In this document: in pieces, positions 1-12,948 of the stretch
How the letters are laid out: every line of letters begins with the position of its first letter
Numbering within the stretch: position 1 is the first letter of the stretch
Position numbers and translations under genes: made by a program
DNA from: Lama guanicoe
Taxonomy: Eukaryota
Assembly: GCA_013239625.1 (NCBI GenBank)
Contig: MU055083.1
Coordinates: forward strand, 1,423,819 to 1,487,818
DNA length: 64,000 nt
Reading direction: 5' to 3'
The notes under the pieces: model-generated
Seen by the model: the letters and a program-made list of their open reading frames with translations, nothing else
What the model was told of the DNA's origin: nothing
Databases searched by the model: none

Positions 1-422
1 TGACTTTTAGTGATGACTTCCTTCATAGACTCATTTCCCAGTGGTGCTTATAGATGGTGATTGCCATCTGTAGGGGAGAGGGCATCACCAGCAAAACTCC
101 ACATCTTCTTGGATTCAAAGGCAGGTATGATCTTTCCTGTCTTACCTATGCCAAAGACTGGTCTGGATCTTCCTCTGCATCCAGTTCTGCCTGGAGATTG
201 TCAACCCCAGGGCAACACTTGGTTGGGTTGTTGACCATCTGAAGAGGTTTTTTTCTGAAGTCCTCAGCTAGTGGACCCCCCTCCATCTTTTCTTACCAGT
301 TCCCAGTCTCCGGGATCTTACTCTTGCATTGATAAAATTCTCTGGGATTGATAAAATTCTGACCTTACTTGGAATTTGGCCTTCAATGCTTCTCTGTCCT
401 ATAGTCTTGAAATTGTATTCTT

Positions 423-596
423 TTATTTTTAAATTTTCTTTTTATTGAGGTGTAGTCAGTTTGCAATGTTGTGTCAATTTCTGGTGTACAGCCCAAAGCT
501 TCAGTCATACATGAATATACACATATTCATTTTCACATTCTTTTTCACCGTAAGCTACTACAATGTATTGAATATATTTCCCTGTGCTATACAGTA
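423..596 (-). mobile_element. 5'-truncated L1 3' end with target-site duplication
   Basis: T-rich tail followed by typical L1 3'UTR (tttctggtgtacag...cctgtgctatacagta). TSD ttgaaattgtattctt (407-422) / ttgaagttgcattctt (597-612). Confidence 0.85.
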
Positions 597-857
597 TTGA
601 AGTTGCATTCTTATTTTCTCCCTCCAGAGTAACTTTGTTAAGGCTTCTCACTTGACTTAGATCTGGTTTAGGCCAAAGAAGTCCTTCAAGACCAGATTCT
701 TGGACTGTTGGTCCTTCCTTAAGGGAGCATCAGCTTGTCCTCTACAAGGAGTCTTTGCCAACACCTCCTTCCCCAGGTACTCTTTCTTCCTCCTCCTAAG
801 CATATCTGGCAGGGAAGGCTTTGCTTCTTCCCTGAAATGAAAACCAGTTAAGATACC

Positions 858-1400
858 ATATCAGTTATTTGTTGTCACAGTGATGTTGTGTAAAAATCAA
901 CACCAAAGCTCAGTGGCTTAAAAGAATACATTTATAATTAAATAAATTAGTTAACTAATTAATTGCTGTTCATGAATCTAAGGCTTACCAGATGGTTCTT
1001 GTGATCTCAGCTGGGCTCACTTGTATTCTTCAGTCAGCTGCAGGTCTGCTAGGTGACTCTTCTGATCTTGGTTAAACATTTTCATATGTTTGAGATTGGC
1101 AGGCTGTAGGCTAGTACAGGAAGCCTGGGCTGGGAAGACTGGACTTTTTAAAATCATCTTCCAGCAGGCTAACCCAATCAGGTTGTGAGGCTATCACCAT
1201 TACATGTCGATAACAGAGAAACAAGTAAGGAAGTAGAAACATTCAAATGTGTGTGTGTGTGTTTAAACATTCTTCTTTCCTATTTGCCAAAGCAAACCAC
1301 ATAGCCAAGACCAGAGTCAGAGGGGGAGGACACTGTGAAGTTACAGGGCAAAAGATGGACATGGGGAGGCCACTGACTGACCATTAATGAAATCAACCCA
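858..1400 (-). mobile_element. MaLR LTR (old MLT1-type)
   Basis: ctcagtggcttaaaa, gctgggctcact...agtcagctg and gccaaagcaaaccacatagccaag motifs. Confidence 0.7.
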
Positions 1401-1439
1401 ACAATAAGCTAAACTTTCTCTTCTACTGAACAGTTGCTG

Positions 1440-1700
1440 AAATCCCAGCTGGAGCAACAGGAAAGCAATCACTTGGTGTCATGAGGGAATGCAGTTCTTG
1501 GCAGAAACACAGTGCTGAAGCAGAGAGGAGCAATCAAGAAACACCCTGCTCACTCTCTGTCCCTGAACTCCAGTCTCCTACTGGTGCCTCTCAATGGCCA
1601 AACCCAACCTGAAGCCAGCCAGTCAAAGAGCCCAGAAGACACGAGCCATAGAGGTCAGCTTCCAGGGGCACAGAGCGGGGCAGAGTGTGGATGTGGGTGT
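1440..1700 (-). mobile_element. Old MLT1-type LTR fragment
   Basis: tggccaaacccaacctgaagccag...gaggtcagcttccaggggcacagagc motif. Confidence 0.55.
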
Positions 1701-1854
1701 GTATGTCAAGCAGGTCATTCTAACTTTAGCTGTGCCATGGGAAAGAACTGAAAAACCTGCCTCATAATCCCAAGGTCAAGAACTTTTGAGATGGGCTAGT
1801 TCCAAACTTAGCCATGCTCAACATCCTCCTTCCTTCCCTCATTTCCTCCCTCCC

Positions 1855-2240
1855 TACGTTGGTTAGGTTCTCTGAGATGTAGATGCTAAGATGGTTTAGA
1901 TTTATGAGGAGAGACTGTGGTGAGGAAACAAAAGGGGAGGAGCCCAAAGGAGATTGGGAGAGCCACTGGACCACGATGCGAGTCTGACATCTGTGAAGGA
2001 GAGAGGAAGAAAGTTTGGATAGGTAGAGCCTTAGACTACACTGCAGTTCTAAACAGTTTCAGCCAGGTCAATGGGGAATCCTTGAGCCAAAGATCACATC
2101 AAAGGTCCCACATTCTGCAGGAACTGTGGCCTTAGTACCCTAGCTGTGACTATGCTTTGGCTGAGAGCAGCGGTGGGATACATGGTCTTGGTGCACATGC
2201 AGTGATGCACTCAGAGCTTGTAGCTGGAGCCATCAGTGAA
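1855..2240 (-). mobile_element. ERVL LTR (LTR16-like)
   Basis: ggaccacgatgcgagtctgacatctgtgaaggagagagg...ccttagactacactgcagttct resembles the LTR16 family. Confidence 0.55.
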
Positions 2241-4662
2241 TTATGTACTTGGTAGGAGGAGATCTGGGAGGCACATGTCACAGCTTCTTCCCTCTTTTCN
2301 NNNNNNNNNNNNNNNNNNNNNNNNNNNNNNNNNNNNNNNNNNNNNNNNNNNNNNNNNNNNNNNNNNNNNNNNNNNNNNNNNNNNNNNNNNNNNNNNNNNN
2401 NNNNNNNNNNNNNNNNNNNNNNNNNNNNNNNNNNNNNNNNNNNNNNNTGTTAACATTTTTAAAGTGTTGTTTAAGTTCCAGGCTTGGTGCCAGGTATTGG
2501 TGATATACAATGAATATGACAGACATGATGTCTACCCTTATGCTGCTTCATTATTCATTCTCTTTTAGAATTTTTGGGTAGAGTTCTATGAACTTAACTG
2601 AAAGCATTCTTGAGTGGAGGGAGGGAGACTTACCTAGCTCTATGCCCTCTCTCCCCACTTCCTTACCCCACAGAGCCTAGTCAGTTGCCTAGTATATCAT
2701 TAAGATGACCATATTTACTAAATCCAAAACCAGACCACTTTTATTTGTGCATTTATTTATAGAAAAAGTCATAAACAAGTGTGAAATTTCAATCGTATTT
2801 CTTATATAGTTTTAATGAATCTCCTTTCAAAAATTATGAAATTCCAATTCATGAAATTGGACTGATCCCAGGAAATCCAGGGTCTATGTGAACTATGGCA
2901 AGTAGGCTGACTTAATCAGACTTGTTTGTGTGAAAAACCAGAGATTCATTCCAATTATTCATAAGTTCGTCATAAGGTTACACGTGTGTGGGGACTCAGG
3001 GAAAGCTATTCAGTTGGCCTCAGGAAGATCAAGAACTCCAGCAGAATCTGGGCCACCCAGAGCCTGGAAGTGGAATTGTAAAGTCATTTGGAATCCTGGG
3101 TGGTTCCAAGAATGTTGGCCTCCGGAGTGTGTGGACCGTGACTGCGGTGTTCCATCGTTCTCATGACTCACCTCTTCTTCATGGCTGTTTTCCTCTTCCT
3201 GCTGCCTGATTTCCGCAACTTCTGTCTTTTATATTTTCTTGATTTCCTGGTTTCTGACTCTCATAACCTTCACCTTGTTCATGATGCGTCTGGTTTATTT
3301 TTGTTTTATGATCTTTTGTCTTCTGCTGCTAAATATTTTATTTTCCTGGTATTTTTCAGTTCAAATTTTAGAGGGAAAATATCTGGTTGTCCCAAGTCTT
3401 CTTTCATGACCATCCAGGGTAGATGGTGCCGGATCAGGAACCTTGGTTTAGGAGGCCAGTTTGTTTAGTGGTCCAGTCAACTGGGAGGGCTGGATGGGTT
3501 TTGTAGATGACTCCACATATGCTGCCTAAGGCTTCCTTTTCTCCTGGGGTAACTGGCCTGCCAGTTTCCCTTAGGAGAGAATCAGGATTTCATTGATGAA
3601 GGTATAACATTTTAAGTCTTACTTTGGTTCTGTAACACAGTCATGGTGAATGAAATAATGTTATTGCACACCTGCCATATCCCAGCCATTTTCGTACAAG
3701 TTCTTCCTATTCCTGAGACTGATGGAGGAGAGGCAGACATAAGGCTTATCAAATCTACCCTCTACGCATTCATTATTTCATGAAATAATGACAATGACCT
3801 CATGAGGTGGGCCCTGTCCACATTTTACAGATGTGCTTCTCTGTGTCCTTTCTTTAGCTCAGAATCCCAGTGACCCTGTGCTGTTGGCTCCCTCTTCGTG
3901 TTGGGTCGGCCCTCTACCACATCTACCTGGGTGGGGCAGGGGGTGGGGGGGATAATTTTGGATGAGAGGTGGCTGTCGGAAGACCTGAGTTCAAGCCTTG
4001 GCTCTACTACTAATGAGGCAGGTGACTTTGGGTCTGTGACAAATGAGAAGGATATTTAAGCTTCTTTCAGTCTCAGTGGGCCATGTCCCAAAGCAAGCCT
4101 GGGTCCTTTCCTTTTTCTCCCTCCCACTTCGGAGAGCTAAATGACTTTGACTCAGGATCCCAAATCTCTGAAGACTTAATCCTTTACAGTAGATCAAGGC
4201 TCATTCACAGCCTTGATCTGATAGGAGCCACCAGGAGCAAGTGTTTGGGAAATTGGAGGATGCTAGGCTGCAACCCACAAGGGCTTGAATTTTGATTAAA
4301 TGCTCCTTTCCATCTGATTTGGGGCCTTTTATGTGGGAGGAATGTGAAATATAACTGAGTGGGAGAGAATAATTCTCCATAGTCCGAATTCATTTTCTCC
4401 AGCTCTTTCCCAGGACCATGCTTTGGATTCACCAAAGACCCAGGGTCACACATATCATCCCAGCCTACCTGGAGTCCCAGTCCCAACGGGGAGTCCATGA
4501 CCCTCACTTTCGTTCATTAAGTATGGAGTGCCGCCATGTGGTTCTGGGTGCTAGGTTTACAATCATGAGCAGAACAGATGTGCTCTCTTCTTGCCATCGC
4601 TCACAAGCTGGAAGGAAGGAAAGATCGCCAATCAACAGATGATAAGTATGTGATTCTAATTT

Positions 4663-4931
4663 TTTAAAAATTATTTTTTATTGTGGTAACCTTGGTTTAT
4701 AACACTATGTAAGTTTCATGGATACGACATTATATTGCTACTCTGTATACACTACAGCATGCTCAACACCCAAAATTCAGTTTCCATCATCATACATTTG
4801 ATCTCCTTTACTCATTTCGCCTGCCCCCTACTTTCCCCCTCTGGTAACCACTCCTCTGTTCTCTGTATCTACATGTTTGTTTTGGTTTGGTTTATTTGGG
4901 GATTTGTTTGTTTTTTATGTTCCACATATGA
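4663..4931 (-). mobile_element. 5'-truncated L1 3' end (L1MA-like) with TSD
   Basis: ccctctggtaaccactcctctgttctctgtatcta...ttccacatatgagtga. TSD gtgattctaattt (4650-4662) / gtgattctaactt (4932-4944). Confidence 0.85.
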
Positions 4932-7403
4932 GTGATTCTAACTTCTCAGGCAACTCTTCTTTAGAAATCTCTTGGGGAGTTAATCAAATGGGGCCAGCGT
5001 TTGTTTGTTTTTTTTTTTAAAAAAGAAAAACTGCCTCTTAGTGTTACGTATTACAGCTAAGATCTCATTCTGAAGAACTCCTCCCCACACCCAATGAGTT
5101 TTTCCTCGTCAAATTCGGTTCTAGTGAGACCTGGTAAATCTCAGCCCCATCTTAGAAGCTGATGCTAAGGACGCAGCTGATACGCTTTGATAATCTGCCG
5201 AGAAGCAGCGGGATATAGTTTAATTTTCTTGGTTCTGTAGTCTGCCAGGCTTGTGTCTAGATTCCCACTTCTCCACTGATGGCTGTCTTTCCACTGGGCA
5301 AGTTATTTAACCTCTTTCAGCATATACGTACCATTTACCAAATAGTTAGGATTATTGCATAGCCTTACGTGAGACCGCGAGTTAAAATACTTGGCGCACG
5401 GTAGCGTTCCTTAGATATCAGTCTTCAGTCCTTTCTGTAAGTGTGAACCAGTAAGTGGCAGGATGGATTCAGAACCAAACAAACAGTGCATGAAGGAAAC
5501 TGTTACACAGATGGGTTTGAACTAAGTCCATTTTTCCACTCAATTATTAGACAATTTTTGGACTTACTCTAATTATTCATTGAATACTTAATTAAGGGCT
5601 TACCATGCGCCAGCGCTGCTAGGTGTGCTAGAATATAGGGGTGTAGTGGTAGGCAAGACAAACATAGTCCTTGCTCCTTTGGAGCTGTTTTTAAATTTTT
5701 TCTTTGNNNNNNNNNNNNNNNNNNNNNNNNNNNNNNNNNNNNNNNNNNNNNNNNNNNNNNNNNNNNNNNNNNNNNNNNNNNNNNNNNNNNNNNNNNNNNN
5801 NNNNNNNNNNNNNNNNNNNNNNNNNNNNNNNNNNNNNNNNNNNNNNNNNNNNNNNNNNNNNNNNNNNNNNNNNNNNNNNNNNNNNNNNNNNNNNNNNNNN
5901 NTGTCTGTTTCTCTCTCCTTTCTTTCTTTTTCTTCCCCCCACCAGTGGGCTTTTCGTGTGGGATCATGCTTTAGTGAGCACGATTAAGATGATGTTTGAA
6001 ATTGTACGGAAAGTGGTGAGCAGAGTGATGGCAACAGAATGAGAAGGCGGTTTTTCTTTCTCTCCCCTTTTCTCCTGCATGATGAAGAGCCCATACCTAG
6101 AATACCACTGCTAGACAGAGTGACTGTTGCACAGAGAGGATCGAGGGAGAGTATTTGTCGTGTAGGAACATTAATCACAACCATGTGGGCCAACAGTCTG
6201 TCATGGCAATAATCCTGTTATTTACGTAGCTCTTTACAGCAGAGGGATGTACCATCCTGGAAGATGACATGTATCACTTTCTGCAGGGATGCAGGCCAGT
6301 GACTGTTTACAAGTCTGTATATTCTATGGCAGCTCTAAACAACTGGTAACTGAGGTGATGACGGGGCAGAGGCTTTGCATAAATAGAAAAGCAAATGTAT
6401 ATTTGTCGGCATTGCTCTCTTCCCCTTTGTTTTATCCTCTTTCCAAAAATAAAGTGCATTGTTCCTGGGGAGTGGAATCTGAAGTGGCAGCTGTCTGCCT
6501 GGCTGACTCCTTCCCGAAGAGCAGAGCCCAGGGAGGTAGCTAGGGTTAACGTGAGTTTGTTCTGTTCTCTACCAACACCGGGATTCGAGCTGCCAGAATA
6601 GCTGCATCTGCAGGGTGTGTCAGACTGAGTCCCACATGCCCACTGCTCACACGTTTGCAAGTGACACATGAGCCTTGTGGGTGCCTACGTCTGTGGGTTC
6701 CACACAAGCGTTGCTCATTGGAAAGCTTGTCTCAAATTGTGCCATTTATAAGGAATCGCATAGCACTATGCCTATCCTCTCTCTCAGCAGTCAAATGTGG
6801 GCTGAAAAATCACCTCGCTCAGTCCAAGTCAACAACAGTTCAAATGTGGGTTTGTTTTGATTGTGCTGCTTTTCGTGAGCTTGTTAACCTCTGGGACCTG
6901 CCATGCTTAGGAAGGTAGATATGGACGTTGTACTATGCTGGAGGGCTGGCTTTAAGAAAAACGTAGAATTCACTGGATGACAGCTTAGGGTTGCTGACTT
7001 AAGGTTGTTTTCCTAGGAATGGGAACACTATATTCAGGAAAATTCAGGTACATAGTCAAAGTTTTCTGGAATTGTCTTAAATTGACATCCCACTATACTA
7101 CAAACATTGCTTAAGCCCTTTGTCTGGTTGGTCCACCGAGATATCTATGTAAAATGATTTATCCGCTCTGCAAGTGGTTGTTTCAGTATTTTATATTAGC
7201 GGGGATATGATGGAGGCATCCACATATACATGTGATTCCAGGAGCATCAATCTTTGGTGCTGGGAGAAAAGTTCCCAAGAGACGGTATTACCACTTGGGA
7301 GACACCTTTCTCAGTCAGATTTTGCAACAGGCACTAACTAAACATGCTGGATGTTGTGGAGAGTGGCAGAACATCCGTCCATCCCATTTAAAAAACTGAC
7401 CAT

Positions 7404-7478
7404 CTTAAACCTGCATCATTTTGCTGTACACCTGAAACTAATATTGTAAATCAACGACATGTCAATAAAAATTTTTTT
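7404..7478 (+). mobile_element. Very short L1 3' end with TSD
   Basis: ttgctgtacacctgaaactaatattgtaaatcaac...aataaaa. TSD aaaaaactgaccat (7390-7403) / aaaaaatcgaccat (7479-7492). Confidence 0.8.
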
Positions 7479-7554
7479 AAAAAATCGACCATTTACTAGG
7501 TGTTGGGGTAAATGGGAATAAGATATATCTCTACCATTAAGAAAAAAAAGAGTA

Positions 7555-7978
7555 TTTCTTGGGTTGAACGGCACACAAGTTATATACAGTACATGTCCTC
7601 TTGCCCAGAACCTGTGAACATGACCTTATTTGTGGAAAGGGTCTTTGCAGGTATAATTTAGTTAAGAAGCTCAAGATGAGCTCATCCTGGATTATCTGGG
7701 TAGGCCCTAAATCCAATGACAAATGTCCTTAGAAGAGACATCCAGGGAAGAGAAAAAGGCCTTATGGAGATGGAGGCAGAGATGCGAATAATGCAGCCAT
7801 AAGCCCAGGAGTGAGTGGGCCACCTGGAGCTGGAAAAGATGGGGGAGGAGTCTCCTCTGGAGCCTTGGGAGGGAGCCCGACACTACAGACCCCTTGATTT
7901 TGGAAAGAACACATGTCTATTGTTTTCAACCACCAAGTTTGTGGTAGTTTGTTATGTCAGGCCTAGGAAGCCAATACA
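7555..7978 (+). mobile_element. MLT1B/C-like solo LTR
   Basis: gaacctgtgaacatgaccttattt...gggtctttgcag...ggccctaaatccaatgac; ends gtggtagtttgttatg...aggaagccaataca. Confidence 0.85.
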
Positions 7979-8054
7979 GGGCATAAGCTAGGAATTTTAT
8001 TCTATTCTGCTTCATACTTGGAAGCTCTTTCTGAGCTGTCTGAGGCCTTTATAA

Positions 8055-8270
8055 TTCATTCATTCCCACCCTCCACAAACACACAATGTGGGGCCTCTGT
8101 GTGCCGGGCACTGTTCTTGGTGCTGAGGCATCAGGGATGTAGGACTCTGCGTGGTCCTCCACGTGGTCATTCTGGGAGCACACAGATGCAAGTAAGGCAG
8201 TAAGAAGCCAACAGAGGGGGGAGGACCCTTAGAGCTGCGCGCCGTGGGAGCACACAGCAGAGCTGGGCGT
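8055..8270 (+). mobile_element. L2 3'-end fragment (antisense orientation of the L2 consensus)
   Basis: ttcattcattc...tgtgtgccgggcactgttcttggtgctgag is the L2 terminal signature. Confidence 0.6.
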
Positions 8271-9249
8271 CTGTGTTTGAACAGGAAGATGAACCATTCA
8301 CCAAAACCATGCCATGTGCCCTAAGCTATGGATGTGCTGAAAACTGGGGGAAGTCTGCTGCCATGGAAAGCGCTTCTGCGGGGTGAGTTACGGTTTCTCC
8401 ACCCTAATCTTAGGCTCATGTAAGAAAAAGGAAGACTGTGGCTCGTAATTTACAGGGGCTCTCGGGGAAGCAAACAAAAGGGTCCTTTCTTGAGTAGCTG
8501 GTGTGTGTGGAGTTTATATGCAGACTTCCCTCTGACGTCCCCACCCCTGGTTTGGAACCTTTCTGAGCTGGAGATGGTCAGCTTTGGTGGCGGATGGCTG
8601 AGGAGAACAGGGTGGGGCTAGGGAGGGGGGAGTTCTGCCGGGGAAAGACGTCCCCATCAACAGCTGGGCCTGAGCGAGACATGGAGTGAAATTTCCCAAA
8701 CACAGTCACCCGCTTATTCCTTTAACCAAAGGCTGATTTACCCTTGTGAGAGGAACAAGATGGTTCTGTGCTCGGGGTCAAGATGGAACGCTACTCACAG
8801 GAAGGCATAAAACCAGCAGCAGCTGATTAGACATAATGGAGGACCAAGACGCAGACCTTGACTCTGAGGGGCATGAAGGCCAGGTGTGTTCAGTCCCCAA
8901 TGTGAGCTGCTAGGGACCGTTAGAAAGGAAGGTCAGTGAGGGCCGGCTTAGTCAGGAAAGGCCTTCTGGGACATGGAAAGGCCCTGCGAGGTGGGTGTTG
9001 AGATTAGCATGCCACAATGTCTACCATCAAAAAGGATTGTAACCTAGGGGAGCAGGCAAACTTATCTTAGCAGGCAAAACATCAAATTCTGGTTAAAACA
9101 AGTCTTGGGAGACAAAAAAAAAAGATATAATTTTTTAAAAGTAGAAAATAGAATTTGTGGCCAGACTGTAGAAGCCTTGAGTACCAGCTAAAGTGTTTGT
9201 GAGCCTAAAGGTGATGAGGAACCATTGCTTCTCCTTTTTCTTTTTCTTT

Positions 9250-9755
9250 TAAGGCTATAAAATCTATTTTTCATCCTTAAAAGTAATAATGCTCACAACA
9301 GGAAGTAGAAGGATTACAAAAAGGAAGAAAAGTAAATCACCTATAATCTCCCCTGAAAGAAATGATTACCGTCAGTATTTTTCTTGCATGTAATTTTAAA
9401 AATAGTTGTAGAAATCACACATATACTGTTTTATATCCTGCTTTTTAATCTTACATTATAACACAAACATTTCCTGATGATATTTCAGTCCTTCAGGAGC
9501 ATGGCTTTTAATGCCCACATCCAGGAGATGTACATTAATTTACTTAATCTTTCCCCTATGGTTGAATATTTGATTTACTAGCTTGTTTCATTATTGTAAA
9601 TCATGCTGGGATGAGCTTCTTTGTGTAATAATCTTCTTCCATATTTATGATTATTTCCTTTGGCTAGATCCCTAGATGGGGAAATCGCTGAATCAAAGGA
9701 CACGAACTTCTTTAAGGTTCTTTGAACATTCTGCCAAATTGCTTCCTTGGGGGTT
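9250..9755 (-). mobile_element. Old L1 (L1ME-like) fragment
   Basis: tactgttttatatcctgcttttt...atttccttt...gctgaatcaaagg...tgccaaattgcttcc. Confidence 0.7.
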
Positions 9756-9969
9756 GTTGAGCTTTGGAAGTACATGATGAAAGATGAGTCTCATAGCTGA
9801 GGACAGGCAGAGCCAGGCCAGAGAGAAAGAGCATTCCAAACATTCTAGCAGAAAGAGACATTCCGGAGTCACCGAAGCTGCAGCCCTGGTGATATGCTGT
9901 CCTGATATGAAAGCGTTGCTGGTGGCCTTGCCATTTTTAGAAAGCCAGTTTTGAATTCTTCCCTACAAG

Positions 9970-11375
9970 GATGGTACTGCTCCAGACACACTGACCCTCT
10001 TTTTTGTTGTTGTTTTGCTAGAACACACCAAGCTCACTTCTACCACAGGGCCTTTGCATTTGCTGTGCTCCTTTACTGAGTATGTTTTTCCCTCAGAGCT
10101 TGTCATAACTGGTGCCTTCTCATCATTAATTTCTCAGTTCAAATGTCAAATGCTCAGAGAGGCCATCTCTGATAAGCCAAACTTCCTCTGCTTCCAGCCA
10201 CTTCGGTCAAGACTTTATTTATGGCGTTTATTATTTCTGCCCAGTGTCAATGTTCAGTAGCTATTTGTGGAATTACTGAATGAAGTCAATCACTCATTCA
10301 TTTAATCTACAAGTATTTGCCAAGCACCACTTTAAAGTATTCCCATTGCTCTTAACATAAAGACCAGAATATTGAACATAGCCCATAGAAGGGTTTCCAG
10401 AACTGGTTTCCCCCGCAATGTCTCCTGCCTTATCTTCACCCACATCTTGCCTTAGTCTCTGCACTTGAGCCATACTCGCCTTCTTTATGTATTTGAATGT
10501 GCCATGCTTCTTACTGTCACAGGACCTTTGCACATGCTGTTTCCTCTGCCTAAAACATACTACTTGTCTTTACCTCATCAACCCCTCCTTATCCATCAGG
10601 TCTCAGGTCAATGGCACTTTCTTGGAAAGCTTTCCTGACCCTTCATACTAGGCCGGGTTCTTTGATTGCACACTCCCTATGGGTGCTAGTCTCCAAATAT
10701 GGCCTCCAAAGAACCATACCTTCTAGTATTCATGTGTTTTGTTGTTCTCGCTCTTTGAATCTACTCTGGCCCTGTGACTCATTTGTTGACCATTGGAATG
10801 TGGCAGGAGTAACACTGTGTAGTCTCTGAGGCTGGGTCATAAGGAGCCTTGCTTCTTCCACCTGGACCTCTTGGAATATTTGCCCTCGGGATACCCCTCC
10901 CTCTCGGAATCCAGCTGCCATGCTGTGAGAAGCCCAGGCCTCACGGAGAGGCTATAGATTGGTGCTGTAGTCAAAGTTCCCAGCTAAGGCCCAGCTGAAA
11001 GCCAGCAGCAGCTGACAGGTGAAAATGCCATCTTGGATGTTTGGCTCAGTTGAGCCTTCCTGTGCCTCCACGTCCAGCTGCCATCTGACTATAGCTATGT
11101 TATAGAACCCAAGTCAGAACCACCTAGCGAGCCCAGTCAGTCCACAGAACCATGAGAGGCAAAAGTAAGTGTTTGTGTTAAGCTATCAAGTTTTGGGGAT
11201 GTTTGTCACGTGGTAATGGATAACTGAAACACACAGCATTGTATTTCCTACAGCATACAATTCCTCTCTTTCATTGTACTCATCACAGCTGTGGCTGCCA
11301 GTTGCTCCCCTGATTATTAACTACTGACCTCTTCCTTCATAGTCTATAAACTTTATGAGGGCAAGGACCATGTTG
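9970..11375. mobile_element. L2 fragments, interrupted by an MLT1 LTR at 10683-11231
   Basis: cagggcctttgcatttgctg, ggacctttgcacatgctgtttcctctgcct and ctataaactttatgagggcaaggaccatgt. Confidence 0.7.
10683..11231 (+). mobile_element. MLT1G/H-like solo LTR
   Basis: ccaaatatggcctcca...ccagctgccatgctgtgagaagccca; ends gtttgtcacgtggtaatggataactgaaaca. Confidence 0.8.
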
Positions 11376-11429
11376 ATCATGCTTTTTTTGTTTGTTTGTT
11401 TGTCTGTTTCATCTTATTGGCTCATCGTT

Positions 11430-11912
11430 TGTAGTCGACAGTTGTCACTCCATGGCCACCAAGCAATGTTTGGGGAACCTGCTGCGGTGTGAGTTTCAGC
11501 AGAGGCGGGTTTTACCTCCCAGTGAGCAAACTGGAAAGTCAGTGCTTTCTGTATCTCATGGCATGTGCCCTGAGCTCAGCTAATTGGATCCTCTGCCTTG
11601 GGTCTTTGAATCTGGAGCTGGTAATGCAGAGAAGCAGGATGGGCTTAGGATTCATGCTGGTGGCCCTGGTAGTAGCATCTGTTGTCCAGTGGTGGCAGCT
11701 GGACACCCTAACCGACTCTTCTGCGGTACAACTCAGGCTGTGCTTCGGCTGCACAGCTTCTCTTCATTCTAGCCCATCCATTTCACAAGTTGGTTCTCCA
11801 GACTTGCTGGTGATCCTCTGGGCTACTCAATGTCCCTCTAGAAATTTCATTTCTGTAGAAGTTAGCTAGAGTTGCTTTTTGTTGTGTACAACCAAGGATG
11901 CTGACTAGTTAC
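11430..11912 (+). mobile_element. Old MaLR/ERVL-type LTR
   Basis: Ends gttagctagagttgctttttgttgtgtacaaccaaggatgctgactagttac, a typical old MLT1/ERVL terminus. Confidence 0.5.
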
Positions 11913-12261
11913 TTAGTACCTAGGAGGTAACGAAGGCAAGAAAGGAATGAATGAGTGTGTGCCAGGGACTCAGGTGGATTGCAGCGACCCCAGGATAAAT
12001 AAATCTATAACTCAGAGGGGTTTATATTTTCCGAAGTTAAACATAAGCAAATATTAGAGGTTCATGCTACAATGGTGATAGGCACAAAATTATGGGAACC
12101 AACTATATCTATAAGTGGGGGAGGGCACCCCCTTGACTTACGTCAGTGACTGTAATTAGATGAACAGTAGAGTTTTATCGATGGGTTGAATAGATGAATA
12201 AAGGAATGTAATGTTGAAGTAATGTATACCCCAAATCTTGTCTATTTTAAAATTTTAACAC

Positions 12262-12700
12262 TTTGATTTCTGTATTGCAAATATCAGAAAACTCCAGCCA
12301 AACTGGCTTAAGTAAGAAGGCAGCTGATTGACTCATAGAAAAGGTCAGGGCGTTATAATAAAAGGTTCAGGTGTTATTATCAATACCGTCTCCTCTGATC
12401 TTATCTGCACTGACTTCATTCTTAGGTTCTCTTGACACGGTGGTTCTGAGACATTCAAGGCTTTCCTGTCTCAGGTTCCTCAGAGGAAACAAACACACTA
12501 TTTCAAGAAACTAATTCCAGTGGTTCAAGCATAACCCCTTGGGTTTTGCGTTGATTGGACAAGATTGGTCCAGCATGGCTAATAGATCCTTCTCTGAATC
12601 AATCACAGCTGGGGGCAGGAATCTGTATGATGTTTGCATTGGCCAGACCTAGTTCATGGTCCTATCCCTGGAATTGGGGTAGAGGTCAGTCCTGCTACAA
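12262..12700 (-). mobile_element. MLT1K/L-like LTR
   Basis: gttgc-like start, caaactggcttaag, tgattggacaagattggtc, ctgaatcaatcac. Confidence 0.6.
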
Positions 12701-12714
12701 CTCCTCGTGGTTAG

Positions 12715-12948
12715 GACCAGGACACTTGGATAGAGATGGCTTGGATTTGTATATTTTACTTCTGCCACTTAAGTGAGAACTATGCATTTGTCTCTATCTT
12801 AGCCAACACATCTCTGAAATGGGGATAATAATAGTATCTACATCATGGAGTTGGTATAAGATTGAATGACATGTATGCAGAAGGTTTGGACCAGTCCTTG
12901 GCACATGATGAGAGCTTCATGCACGTTCGTGGAGATTCTTAGCTATTA
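12715..12948 (+). mobile_element. MIR SINE
   Basis: Core catctctgaaatggggataataatagtatctacatcatggagttggtataagattgaatga. Confidence 0.75.
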
